64,000 nt of DNA from Candidatus Woesebacteria bacterium (GTDB taxonomy: Bacteria; Patescibacteriota; Microgenomatia; UBA8517): positions 96,815 to 160,814 of the forward strand of contig CP066693.1 in NCBI GenBank assembly GCA_016432525.1, written 5' to 3'. The translations under genes were made by a program, and so were the position numbers. Numbering within the stretch: the stretch's first letter is position 1; each line of letters begins with the position of its first letter. Shown here in pieces: positions 38,870 to 48,715 of the stretch. The notes below the pieces were generated by a model, which saw only the letters and a program-made list of their open reading frames with translations, ran no database searches and was not told the origin of the DNA.

Positions 38870-39472
38870 ATGTTGCGCAAATACGCAAAGTTCATTATCG
38901 TTTTCGCGTTCCTTGTAGGCTCGCTCGGCTTCCTTGCCCAACCAGCCCACGCAGCAGGAAATTTCTCCTGCTCCATTTCGATCTCGTCAGGCCCAACCTG
39001 GTGGGAAAGAAACTTTACTGTGAGTTGGAGCGGAGCCGGAAATGACTGGCACCAACTCGCCTTTGGCGATGGAGCTCAAACTGGCCTCTTTGGAGACTCT
39101 GGCAACGAAACCCGTCCACACGGGTTCAACCCTGGTAGTTACATTATAAGTTTCAACAACGGTTGCCCGTCACCGTTTACACTTTCCGCCAACCAAAGCA
39201 CCAGTGTTACTGCAAATCCAGCTCCTGCACAATGGGTCGAACCAGACCATCATGCCACCTTTTTCGGCCTGACTGACGGGCCATATTTCCTAGCCTGGCA
39301 AGACGGCGCTGGAAACTACCAGCAAACAAGTTGGCAGCTTGAATCCAAAAAGGCCAAGCTTGGACTAACAATGCAGTCCGGCAAACGCGGCAACTACGCC
39401 ATCGTCAAGAACGGCAAAGTATTCTGCCAGTTCACTATCAACATCGATGGTATTCACAAGAAGAACTGCTAG
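38870..39472 (+). CDS. Hypothetical secreted protein
   Basis: Signal peptide '...FLVGSLGFLAQPAHA'. 200 aa. High GC. Confidence 0.5.
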   Translation: MLRKYAKFIIVFAFLVGSLGFLAQPAHAAGNFSCSISISSGPTWWERNFTVSWSGAGNDWHQLAFGDGAQTGLFGDSGNETRPHGFNPGSYIISFNNGCPSPFTLSANQSTSVTANPAPAQWVEPDHHATFFGLTDGPYFLAWQDGAGNYQQTSWQLESKKAKLGLTMQSGKRGNYAIVKNGKVFCQFTINIDGIHKKNC

Positions 39473-39486
39473 TTCTTCATACCTAA

Positions 39487-39530
39487 CGGGGAGAGATATT
39501 ACAAAATCAAAAATATCAAAACTCTCCCCG
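39487..39530. terminator. Hairpin CGGGGAGAG-[26 nt]-CTCTCCCCG between convergent genes
   Basis: 9-bp perfect GC-rich stem. No strong U-tract, so it is terminator-like only. Confidence 0.35.
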
Positions 39531-39539
39531 TCAGGATCT

Positions 39540-40952
39540 TTAAAACAAACTAATTTGTGCCTTCTTTAATTTTTTCCTCTCAATTCTTTTTATTATCTTC
39601 TCCATTTTTGGATCAATCATTTCAATTAATTTTTCATCTCTCAAATCTTTCAAAAATCTAGATACTTTCATTACCTTTCCATTTCTTCTGCGTGAATACA
39701 TTAAATAAAGTTTCTGTTTTGCTCTTGTCATGGAAACATACAAAAGTCTTTTTTCTTCATCAATATCGCTTCTTTTTTCATTAAAATTTTCCTCAAAACC
39801 AATAATAAACACATTCTCGAATTCCAGCCCTTTTGATGCATGCATGGTAAGAAGTGTCACACAGTTTAAATTCGGATCATAAAACTCTCTTCCCTCCAAG
39901 TCTTCAACATATTCCAAAAATCGCTTTATACCATCCTTGTATTTATCAAATCTTTTAACTAATGACAAAATCTCACTATCTTCTGAAAATTTCTTAACTA
40001 ATTTAGAAAGTTTATCCTCTCTCCCTTCATATTTCTTAATCTTTTCAATTAAAGATTTCGTCTCTTTTTTCTCCCAAATGCTTCCTCCCCCAACCATCTG
40101 ATATGGAATTCCAGATTGCTTTAAAGCATTCTCTACACTCTCTCTCAAAAAATGATTTCTATAAATTACTGCAAAGTCACTAAATTTTTGATCTCCTTCG
40201 TTCACACTATTAAGATCAACCCCTCCAGTTCCAGACATAATCGTTGAAACTATAAAATCCGCTTCAGCTTTGTGATTTAAAAATTCAATTAGTTTAACTT
40301 CACCTTCCTCTTTTTTAATGTTGTGAAGTTTTGTTATTTCTGGAAAAAGTTTTTGAGAAACTGTTGTTATATTTTTGTAACTTCTGTAATTTTCCGAAAG
40401 TTTTATTTCTCTGTATTCAGGAAAGTCCTTTTTGAAAGCTTCAAATATGCCAAAGTTTGCTCCTCTAAAAGAATAAATAGATTGATAAGGATCCCCAATC
40501 ACAATAATGTTTTTGGGAGATATAATTTTTAAAATCTCATATTGAACTTCACTTGTATCTTGAAATTCATCAACCAAAACATGAGAAAAATTTAAGTTTA
40601 TTTTTTTATTTTTCAGAAGTTCCAGAAATTCCAAAAGAAGCCTTTCGTAATCTTCGTCATTTTCTATTTCAAATTGTTCAACTTGGGAAACAAACTGGAA
40701 AGCAAGTGAGTGAAATGTTCCAATAAAAGCTTTATTTTTAAAATTATCTTTTAATCTTTCTTTTATTTCCTGTGAAGCTTTCCTCGTAAAAGTAAGCGCA
40801 AGTATTTTTGATGGATTATTTTTTTGAGAAGTTATTAAATTTTGAAGTTTGGCAACTAGCGTCCTAGTTTTTCCAGTTCCAGGCCCGGCAATCACAACAA
40901 TCGGCCTGTACTGAATTTTCAAAACTTTCTTCTGCTCCCAATTTAACTCCAT
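39540..40952 (-). CDS. Compact UvrD/PcrA-family (SF1) DNA helicase
   Basis: Motifs 'GPGTGKT', 'VLVDEFQDTS', 'VIGDPYQSIYSFRGA', 'LSENYRS', 'LLTMHASKGLEFENV' and 'LLYVSMTRAKQKLYL'. 470 aa. Confidence 0.8.
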   Translation of the reverse strand: MELNWEQKKVLKIQYRPIVVIAGPGTGKTRTLVAKLQNLITSQKNNPSKILALTFTRKASQEIKERLKDNFKNKAFIGTFHSLAFQFVSQVEQFEIENDEDYERLLLEFLELLKNKKINLNFSHVLVDEFQDTSEVQYEILKIISPKNIIVIGDPYQSIYSFRGANFGIFEAFKKDFPEYREIKLSENYRSYKNITTVSQKLFPEITKLHNIKKEEGEVKLIEFLNHKAEADFIVSTIMSGTGGVDLNSVNEGDQKFSDFAVIYRNHFLRESVENALKQSGIPYQMVGGGSIWEKKETKSLIEKIKKYEGREDKLSKLVKKFSEDSEILSLVKRFDKYKDGIKRFLEYVEDLEGREFYDPNLNCVTLLTMHASKGLEFENVFIIGFEENFNEKRSDIDEEKRLLYVSMTRAKQKLYLMYSRRRNGKVMKVSRFLKDLRDEKLIEMIDPKMEKIIKRIERKKLKKAQISLF

Positions 40953-42239
40953 TTAAATAAAGCTAAGCTGTCCTGCATTTTGTGTTCTCTCTCCTGGCTT
41001 AAAAATCTTCACAATTCCATAAACTCCATCATATCCAGGCTTAATATAAATATCTCCCTCTCTCATTTTCTTTATAGCAAACGACAAATCAATTCTCCCC
41101 GAGGCTTTTATATCAGATTCAGTAATTTTTCTTAAAAAAGAAAATTCATCATCAAATTCAAATAAAAGTCGCTCATATTCCTCTTTCACTTTTTTAGATT
41201 GGGTTCTCATACTAAAAGTCTCCGCAACAATCTCATTCAAAGGAACAATATATTCAACAGATTTGTGATTTTTGGGTTTAAAGCTTTCTGGTCTATCAGC
41301 CAAGTCATCAACTCTATGCATGACTCCAATCACAAGAGGCCTTCCGCATTTAGGACATATATTTTTTAATTTTTTAGATTCAGTTGGGGTCAAAGAAACA
41401 TCACATTTTGCATGTCCATCAAAGTGGTATTTCCCCTCTTCAGGAAAAAATTCAATTGTTCCCAAAAATCGGCTATCTCCTTTCTTGATAGCATCAATAA
41501 TTGAGTCATATGATAGTTCGCAATTTAAAAGATTCGCTTCTCGCCCGAGTTTTGGTGGTGAATGTGCATCTGAGTTTGACACAATAGTTCGCCCAGTAAG
41601 TTGCGTTAGTCTCCAATTCATAAAAGGGTCAGATGACAGTCCGCTTTCAATTGCATAAATATGAGGCGATAGTTCTTCAAACGCCTCTTCTATAGAATCA
41701 AACCCCGATTTTGATCCAAAAATAGAAAACCAAGGCGTCCAAATATGTGCTGGGATAAATAGATTACGATCATCTGCTTCTAGTGAAATTCTTAAAAGTT
41801 CCTTGCTATCAAGTCCAAGTATTGGCCTTCCATCAGAATGCAAATTTCCAATCTGGGTAAGTTTAAAATTAACTTCAGAAGCTGCCTCAAAATTTGGAAC
41901 AATTATCAAATTATGAACTCTTCTCACCTTTCCGTTTTTGCTATAAATATTGCTTATCTCAACAGTCAAAATAAATCTTATCAACTTTTTCTTAAAATTA
42001 GCAGAAAGTTTTTTATCCTCTTCTTTTGCATATTTACTCTTAAGCTTAAAAAGTCCGTTTTCGGCTGGTTCCAATTTTTCAGATAGCTCACTAAACCATT
42101 TTGGATGTGTAAAATCCCCAGTTCCGATCACATTGATTCCTTTCATTTTTCCCCATCTATAAAGTGAGGCTATGTTCATTTCAGGACTAGTTGCTCGCGA
42201 GTAGTGCGAATGAATATGTAAATCTACTATCAATTCCAT
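40953..42239 (-). CDS. PHP-domain metal-dependent phosphoesterase with a ~190-aa C-terminal extension; upstream partner of the helicase (TAAATG junction)
   Basis: 'MELIVDLHIHSHYSRA' PHP His motif at the N-terminus. Start set to the internal Met (~42239). Confidence 0.65.
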   Translation of the reverse strand: MELIVDLHIHSHYSRATSPEMNIASLYRWGKMKGINVIGTGDFTHPKWFSELSEKLEPAENGLFKLKSKYAKEEDKKLSANFKKKLIRFILTVEISNIYSKNGKVRRVHNLIIVPNFEAASEVNFKLTQIGNLHSDGRPILGLDSKELLRISLEADDRNLFIPAHIWTPWFSIFGSKSGFDSIEEAFEELSPHIYAIESGLSSDPFMNWRLTQLTGRTIVSNSDAHSPPKLGREANLLNCELSYDSIIDAIKKGDSRFLGTIEFFPEEGKYHFDGHAKCDVSLTPTESKKLKNICPKCGRPLVIGVMHRVDDLADRPESFKPKNHKSVEYIVPLNEIVAETFSMRTQSKKVKEEYERLLFEFDDEFSFLRKITESDIKASGRIDLSFAIKKMREGDIYIKPGYDGVYGIVKIFKPGERTQNAGQLSFI

Positions 42240-42271
42240 ATTGTGATTCCCTATTGTACAATAGTAGAGGC

Positions 42272-43978
42272 ATGCCCGAGACAAAAGAACTTGAAGTAGC
42301 TTACTTTTCCATGGAAGTAATGCTCGAAACAGATATTCCTACCTATGCAGGTGGCTTAGGTGTACTTGCAGGTGATTTGTTAAGATCTTGCTCTGATTTA
42401 GAAATTCCAGCCTGTGGAGTTACTCTTGTTTATAGCGGCAACACTTTCGATCAGGTTATAAATTCAGATGGTACTCAAAACTTCAAAGAAAGCAATTGGC
42501 AAAAGCTTGATCAGTTAACAAAACTCGAAAACCAAATCGAAATTGAAATTTTAAAAACCCAAGTGAAAATCGATTGTTGGAGGTATGACATGGTTGGTCA
42601 CAACGGCTTTGTTGTTCCAGTTTTCCTTCTCGATACAGACATTTCCCAAAATCCAGATTGGGCCAGAAATATTACAAAAAATCTATATGACGGAAATGGT
42701 GATACAAGAATTAGCCAGGAAATTGTTCTAGGTGTAGGTGGCGTTAAAATGCTAGCCTCTTTAGGCTACACAAAAATAAAAAATTACCATATGAACGAAG
42801 GCCACGCGGGTTTTGTTCCTTTGGCTCTTTTAGAAAAACACAACTTTAAAGATGAAGAGGTTAAAAAACTCTGTCTTTTTACCACACACACTCCAGTTCC
42901 CGAAGGCCATGACAAATTTGACTATAATCTTGCATATAAATACGCCGAAAAATATCTCCCTTGGCACATTAAAAAATTGGGGGGTGGTGATGCTCTGGAT
43001 ATGACCACCCTTGCTCTTAATATGAGTAAAGTCTCATTTGCAGTCTCTCAAAAACACAAAAAAGTAAGCGAGAATCTTTTTAAAGGTTATAAATTTGATT
43101 ACGTCACAAATGGAATTCATCTTCCTTCTTGGGTTTCTCCAAGCTTTCAGGATCTTTACAATGAATTTCTCCCGGGCTGGGAAAAAAATCCCGAAATTTT
43201 AAGTGAAGCTCCTGAAAAAATCTCAAACGATGCCCTCTGGACAGTCCACAAAGAATCTAAACGTGCTCTAATAAATTATGTAAATGCGCACCTCACTTCA
43301 GTTGCATCAGAGCAAGAAAAACAAAAACCTAGAGATGACGAGCTCTTTGATTTATCAACTCTAACTCTTTCTCTAGCTAGACGCCCAGTAGCTTACAAAA
43401 GACCTCTACTTTTATATAGCGATTTAGAGCGCTTCATTAGAATTGGTGTCGGTAAACTCCAAATTATCCAGTGTGGAAAATCCCACCCCGGCGACGATGT
43501 CAGCCAAAGTTTTGTAAAGGAAATAGTGCGCATTAGTAAAAAATTAAGATCAATTCTTAAAGTTGTTTATCTTGAAAATTACTCCCCAAAAATAGCCCGC
43601 CTTTTAGTCTCAGGTTCAGATCTATGGCTCAATACTCCCCGTCGCCCTCTTGAAGCGTCAGGTACGAGTGGAATGAAAGCAGCCGCCAATGCAATTTTGA
43701 ATTTCTCAATTCTTGATGGTTGGTGGATAGAAGGTTTTAAGATGAATCCCGCAGCTGGTTTTTCAATAGGGCCAAGCGATGAAAGTGTTACTCCATCAAA
43801 CGATGACACAATCGACTCAGTAGATCTTTACGACAAACTTCAATGGGAAATAATTCCAATGTATTACAATCATAGATCAGAATGGATCAAAAGAATGAAA
43901 AACGCAATTACTTTAGCATCATATTTCAACACTAATAGGGTTGCCAAAGAGTACCAAGATAAAGGTTGGAATCTCTAA
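42272..43978 (+). CDS. Alpha-glucan (glycogen/maltodextrin) phosphorylase, GT35 short form
   Basis: 'LETDIPTYAGGLGVLAGD' and the PLP-lysine region 'EASGTSGMKAAANA'. Start at ATG 42272 with RBS. Confidence 0.8.
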   Translation: MPETKELEVAYFSMEVMLETDIPTYAGGLGVLAGDLLRSCSDLEIPACGVTLVYSGNTFDQVINSDGTQNFKESNWQKLDQLTKLENQIEIEILKTQVKIDCWRYDMVGHNGFVVPVFLLDTDISQNPDWARNITKNLYDGNGDTRISQEIVLGVGGVKMLASLGYTKIKNYHMNEGHAGFVPLALLEKHNFKDEEVKKLCLFTTHTPVPEGHDKFDYNLAYKYAEKYLPWHIKKLGGGDALDMTTLALNMSKVSFAVSQKHKKVSENLFKGYKFDYVTNGIHLPSWVSPSFQDLYNEFLPGWEKNPEILSEAPEKISNDALWTVHKESKRALINYVNAHLTSVASEQEKQKPRDDELFDLSTLTLSLARRPVAYKRPLLLYSDLERFIRIGVGKLQIIQCGKSHPGDDVSQSFVKEIVRISKKLRSILKVVYLENYSPKIARLLVSGSDLWLNTPRRPLEASGTSGMKAAANAILNFSILDGWWIEGFKMNPAAGFSIGPSDESVTPSNDDTIDSVDLYDKLQWEIIPMYYNHRSEWIKRMKNAITLASYFNTNRVAKEYQDKGWNL

Positions 43979-45567
43979 ATTTTCAAAAACTCTCTTTTTT
44001 GAACTAATATTCCTCCAAAATCTTTCTCAGAAATTAACTTACTTCGGCCGTTAGCCCAATCAATCAATTCTTTCTTGTATTGCGGAGGAATTCTATAACT
44101 CTTGTCAATCAAAAGATATAAATACTTCTCTTTTCCATTTTCTTTCCCTAAAACATTATAAGGATATAATTGATCCCCTCCACCCCATGTTGGCAAGTAC
44201 CCATATTTACTTTCTCCATACCAAAAGTAATGGTAGCTCCACACTGCGTTTATATATAAAGGGTTAGTCAAAGTGTTTATTGTAAATTTCTCTCCCTTAG
44301 ATTCATTGTAGGTAAAGTCAACTGCAGAAATTTGCTCACTCATAATTGAAGATTCATCCGGTTCAAGTAAAACTTGACCTTTCCCATAGTCACCTTTCAT
44401 CTGCAATAAATTCCCCAAAATAATAAACACAACTGCAAAAAACACTAAAAACTTCGGTTTTACTTTTGATAAAACATAAGATCCCATTAAAATTGCTGAT
44501 GCCGGTCTTCCTATCAAAAACCAGGGTGCATTGTGGCTTCCCAAAAAAAGCATTATCGAAGGAGACAAAAAATAAATAATTAAAAAAAGGTCACGATTCC
44601 TTACTTTCTTGTTACTCCTGTTTTTTACTAACTCGTACAAAAAGAAAACTAAAACTATTCCTCCAAAGATAAATCCAATATCGTAACTGCTCGGCCAAAA
44701 ATTAAGTCTAAATACATCCATTCTTGTTACAAAAGAAGAAAAGCTCGTAATAATTGAATCTCTATGCACTCCCCCAACAAAAGATCCAGCAGAAAATATA
44801 CTTTTAATCCCTTCAAAATGAAGTTTTACCTCAGCCAAAATCATGGTCGAAGTTGAAACTGCAAAAATAGCAAAACAAGCAAACAGAAGTTTCAAACTAG
44901 GAAGTTTCATTCTCAAAACTAAAAAAACAATCAAAGTAATCGGAATCAAATATACAAAAAAAAGCTCTAATTGAATTGATAAACCCAAAAACAAAAACGC
45001 AATTACAAGCCCCCAATTCCTTTTTTTATAATATTTCCAAAGACCATAAAAAAATATAGGTACAGTTAGAATCGTAGGACTTGGATTCGAAAGCCAGCCA
45101 GAAAAAGAAACTAACTGATAAGAAGATGCAGCAGTAAGAGATGAAATCAGAGAAACACTCTTGCTCTTAAATAAGCTTTTTGCAAAAAAATACAAAACAA
45201 CTGCCGTAAGAGAGTTAAAAATGCTGTTCCAAATAGCAGCCCCGGCAGGATTACCATGAAAAACAATCAAAGGAAAAATCAGATAATGCAAATACAAAAC
45301 TCCATGATGAAGATTTGGATTATTCCCCGCAACAGGCCCAATAATCCTCAAATCATGATCGCGAAAAATTTTTACAACATCCCAAAGATCTCTAGCTTGA
45401 TCAAAGCCTATTATGGTATTCGCAGGGTATATTGACCAAAATCTAACAGCAAAACCAAATAGAAAAATTGCTAAAACTATTAATAAATCTTTTTTGTATT
45501 TCACTAGTCCGTAAGTATACCAAAGGGAATTTTTTACTTCCTTCTTGATTTCCCTTTCATTGAACAA
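43975..45567 (-). CDS. GT-C fold membrane glycosyltransferase (ArnT/PMT-like, GT39/GT83-like)
   Basis: 530 aa with >10 TM helices and a periplasmic C-terminal domain. Family call from topology and composition only. Confidence 0.5.
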   Translation of the reverse strand: MFNEREIKKEVKNSLWYTYGLVKYKKDLLIVLAIFLFGFAVRFWSIYPANTIIGFDQARDLWDVVKIFRDHDLRIIGPVAGNNPNLHHGVLYLHYLIFPLIVFHGNPAGAAIWNSIFNSLTAVVLYFFAKSLFKSKSVSLISSLTAASSYQLVSFSGWLSNPSPTILTVPIFFYGLWKYYKKRNWGLVIAFLFLGLSIQLELFFVYLIPITLIVFLVLRMKLPSLKLLFACFAIFAVSTSTMILAEVKLHFEGIKSIFSAGSFVGGVHRDSIITSFSSFVTRMDVFRLNFWPSSYDIGFIFGGIVLVFFLYELVKNRSNKKVRNRDLFLIIYFLSPSIMLFLGSHNAPWFLIGRPASAILMGSYVLSKVKPKFLVFFAVVFIILGNLLQMKGDYGKGQVLLEPDESSIMSEQISAVDFTYNESKGEKFTINTLTNPLYINAVWSYHYFWYGESKYGYLPTWGGGDQLYPYNVLGKENGKEKYLYLLIDKSYRIPPQYKKELIDWANGRSKLISEKDFGGILVQKREFLKI

Positions 45568-45770
45568 ATCTTACAATCATTCATATGGGTCATTGCAAGA
45601 TAAACCGCCGAAAGCCCAACCAATATATAAACTAAATTTTGAACAGATGGCCACGAACCCAAAACTGCCTTTACTAAATCAAAACCAAAAAGGCCAATTA
45701 GTCCCCAATTTAAAGCACCAACTATAACAAATGCAAATGTAACCATGTGCAAACTTTTCATTATTCTCAC
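45534..45770 (-). CDS. DUF378-family small membrane protein (paralog)
   Basis: 'VGALNWGLIGLFGFDLVKAVLGS...LVYILVGLSAVY'. Confidence 0.6.
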   Translation of the reverse strand: MRIMKSLHMVTFAFVIVGALNWGLIGLFGFDLVKAVLGSWPSVQNLVYILVGLSAVYLAMTHMNDCKICSMKGKSRRK

Positions 45771-45828
45771 CTCCTATCACTTATTACCACACAAAGATAA
45801 AATACTTGTCAAGAGTGTATAATTAGCT

Positions 45829-46146
45829 ATGTTTAAAAAGATGTTTTGCTCAGCTCTTCTTTCGTCCTTCGCATTTTTCGCTCTTCCCATTCTTTTTGTT
45901 ATAGCAACTTCCATTATCCCAAGCGATTTAGAACTTGAAATTGAAAGTACAAAACAAGAATTGGATAGATCGGCTCAGGAAAACATTGTTTCAAATACAA
46001 AAACAACTGCACAAATCAAGGATCAGCAAAAACTTGTAAACGTTGAAGTTCACAAAACACCTTTTGAGGAAGAAAAAAACGAAGATGAAAGCGCACTTCT
46101 CTCTCCCAACAAAGATGAAAATCTAATTCCATATGTACAGCAATAG
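45829..46146 (+). CDS. Hypothetical small secreted/membrane protein
   Basis: N-terminal TM. 105 aa. Confidence 0.35.
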   Translation: MFKKMFCSALLSSFAFFALPILFVIATSIIPSDLELEIESTKQELDRSAQENIVSNTKTTAQIKDQQKLVNVEVHKTPFEEEKNEDESALLSPNKDENLIPYVQQ

Positions 46147-46627
46147 CAAAGGCTTCTCTAAAATTTTAATTCTTTTGTGTATTACAGCTTTTCTTTTAGG
46201 CTCATTAATGATTTACAAAAATAATATACAAAAATCTCCAAACCCAACTCCAACTCCTCTTTTTACTCCAATCAAAAAAAGAAGTGTTTCCCCGAATGTA
46301 ATCAAAAGTATAACTTTAGGTAAAAGTATTAACCCCCAGACTGGTAATATTATCGAAAAGTCTTCAACTTTCACAATCAAAGATCCATCAATTTATTCTG
46401 TCTTGGAACTTAAAAGTTTCACTCCACCCATTAATATCTCCTATATCCTCTATCGAAACGGACAGTATGCAGATTTTGGAGGAACCAAAATAGAAAAACC
46501 AACAGATTATCTTAATTTTAATATGACACTTAATCAAAATGGCAACCGTCTTCCAGGATCATATAGACAAAATTTTTACATTAATGGAATTTTAGAAAAA
46601 GCCATTGTATTTGACATCACCCAGTAA
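46133..46627 (+). CDS. Hypothetical membrane-anchored protein
   Basis: N-terminal TM. 164 aa. Confidence 0.4.
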   Translation: MYSNSKGFSKILILLCITAFLLGSLMIYKNNIQKSPNPTPTPLFTPIKKRSVSPNVIKSITLGKSINPQTGNIIEKSSTFTIKDPSIYSVLELKSFTPPINISYILYRNGQYADFGGTKIEKPTDYLNFNMTLNQNGNRLPGSYRQNFYINGILEKAIVFDITQ

Positions 46628-46641
46628 TACATTAAATTAGA

Positions 46642-47928
46642 GTGAAAAAAGTTAAATTCCCCCGTATCCTAAGAATTCTAGGTCCCGGACTTATCACAGG
46701 AGCTGCAGACGACGATCCTTCGGGTATTGCAACATATGCTCAAACCGGAGCTCAATTTGGTTATGGCCAATTGTGGACAGCTCTTTTTATGCTTCCTCTT
46801 CAGACAGCAGTTCAGGAAGCCTGCGCAAGAATTGGCGCAGTAACAGGAAAGGGAATCGCAGCTGTAACAAAAGAATATTATTCAAAAAAGATTGTTTATG
46901 CGGTAGTTCTACTTGTTCTCTTGGCAAATACAATAAATATTGGAGCAGATATTGGAGCAATGGCTGCAGCTGCCCAATTAATTTTTCCAATAAATTTTGT
47001 AATCCTAACTCTTATCTTTACTTCCTTTATTTTGATCTTAGAAATTTTTACTTCATATAAAATCTATGCCAAAATCCTTAAATGGCTTGCCTTTGCTTTA
47101 ATAGCCTATCCAATCACAGTCTTTATGGTCCACCAACCCTGGATGACATTGTTAAAAGCAACATTTATTCCACATTTCGAGTTTTCGTTTGCTTTTCTAT
47201 TTATAATTACAGGCGTGCTTGGAACAACAATATCGCCTTATATGTTTTTCTGGCAAACTTCAGAAGAAGTTGAAGAAGAAAAAGAACTAGGAATTAAAAA
47301 AGGTAACGCAAAACCAAACCTCCCCAAAAGTTTCATTCGTAATTTAAGAATCGACACTATAATTGGAATGATTGCTTCAGAAGCCGCCACCTGGTCCATA
47401 ATAGTAGTTGCTGCAACCGTTCTAAATAGTCATGGAATAACAGACATTAAAACTTCAGCAGATGCCGCCCGCGCTCTTGAACCATTAGTTGCCACCTTTC
47501 CAAATGCCGGTTTTTTAGCAAAATTAATTTTTTCGACAGGAATTATCGGTCTTGGGCTTTTAGCAGTACCAGTTTTATCAGGCTCCGCATCCTATGCACT
47601 ATCTGAAGCTTTAAGTTGGAAAGAAGGTCTTAACCTGAAATTAAAACAGGCTCATGGCTTTTATGGAATAATAACTATTGCAACTTTTATTGGCCTTTTA
47701 ATTAATTTCATAGGGATCAATCCAGTCAAAGCGCTTGTTTTTACAGCTGTTTTTAATGGCGTTGCTGCCGTTCCGTTAGTTTTTCTAATAGCAAAAATTG
47801 CCGCGAACGAAAAAATTATGGGCAAATATAAAAGTGGAATATTATCAAAAACAGTAGTTGCTATAACTTTTATTGGAATGGCAGCGGCAGCTATCGCTAT
47901 GTTCGTAACAATCTTCAAGGGCAACTAA
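46642..47928 (+). CDS. mntH: NRAMP-family divalent metal transporter
   Basis: 'GPGLITGAADDDPSGIATYAQTGAQFGYGQLW' Nramp consensus. Confidence 0.85.
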   Translation: MKKVKFPRILRILGPGLITGAADDDPSGIATYAQTGAQFGYGQLWTALFMLPLQTAVQEACARIGAVTGKGIAAVTKEYYSKKIVYAVVLLVLLANTINIGADIGAMAAAAQLIFPINFVILTLIFTSFILILEIFTSYKIYAKILKWLAFALIAYPITVFMVHQPWMTLLKATFIPHFEFSFAFLFIITGVLGTTISPYMFFWQTSEEVEEEKELGIKKGNAKPNLPKSFIRNLRIDTIIGMIASEAATWSIIVVAATVLNSHGITDIKTSADAARALEPLVATFPNAGFLAKLIFSTGIIGLGLLAVPVLSGSASYALSEALSWKEGLNLKLKQAHGFYGIITIATFIGLLINFIGINPVKALVFTAVFNGVAAVPLVFLIAKIAANEKIMGKYKSGILSKTVVAITFIGMAAAAIAMFVTIFKGN

Positions 47929-47964
47929 GCCTTGACATAAAATACCAATTAGTTATTCTTAAAT

Positions 47965-48381
47965 ATGGGTAAATTAGTAATAGTTATTGCAATAATAGTG
48001 GTAATAGCAGGAGGAGTATTTTTAATCCTAAATAACAAAAATTATTCTACAAATACAACAACCTCAGAAACTAATCCTTCACCATCAAGTAATGTAACAA
48101 AAGAATCAAACAAGATAACAGTAGAAGCAAGTGAATTTGCCTTCAAACCATCTTTAATATCATTTAAAAAGGGCGAGAAAGTAGAGTTAATCTTCAAAAA
48201 CAACGGCCAATATCCTCACAATTTAACAATTTCAGATATAAACCTAGCAACCAAAACAGTTTCACCAGGTGGTACAGATACAATCACTTTCACAGCCGAC
48301 AAAACAGGATCGTTTAGTTTTATGTGCACAATTGATTCTCACGCTGACAAAGGCATGAAGGGAACTATTGTTGTTGAGTAA
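47965..48381 (+). CDS. Cupredoxin (plastocyanin/azurin-like type-1 copper protein)
   Basis: Signal/TM followed by a His...'CTIDSHADKGM' (Cys-His-Met) T1 copper ligand pattern. Confidence 0.65.
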   Translation: MGKLVIVIAIIVVIAGGVFLILNNKNYSTNTTTSETNPSPSSNVTKESNKITVEASEFAFKPSLISFKKGEKVELIFKNNGQYPHNLTISDINLATKTVSPGGTDTITFTADKTGSFSFMCTIDSHADKGMKGTIVVE

Positions 48382-48679
48382 CCCACAAAGACTCTTGAAG
48401 ATTAACCCTATCCCCTAAAAATTTAACTCCTTCAGAAATTAGCATCTCCCTCTTTTGTAAAATTCCACCTCTACCAGAATATCCAGTTAATTTTCCATTA
48501 AACGAAACTACCCTATGGCATGGCGTATGTGGAGCGTCAGGATTTGTTCGCATAAACACCCCCACTGCTCTCGCAGCTTTAACTCTTCCTGCAAGTTTAG
48601 CCAACTGCCCATAAGTTGCAACTTTCCCTTCAGGAATCTGGCGCGTCAGCTCGTATACTCTCTGTCTAAAATCGCTCAT
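48365..48679 (-). CDS. ogt: Methylated-DNA--protein-cysteine methyltransferase (Ogt/MGMT) catalytic domain
   Basis: Active-site 'PCHRVV'. Start at internal Met (MSDFRQRV). Confidence 0.75.
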   Translation of the reverse strand: MSDFRQRVYELTRQIPEGKVATYGQLAKLAGRVKAARAVGVFMRTNPDAPHTPCHRVVSFNGKLTGYSGRGGILQKREMLISEGVKFLGDRVNLQESLWVTQQQ

Positions 48680-48715
48680 CAATAAAATATTATACACTAC
48701 GCTATAATTTGCTAT

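Larger units (their letters stand above)
36325..39535. other. High-GC (~50%) island encoding three signal-peptide proteins
   Basis: Abrupt composition shift at both ends relative to the ~34% GC host. Bounded by a terminator (36289-36323) and a hairpin (39487-39530). Confidence 0.6.
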
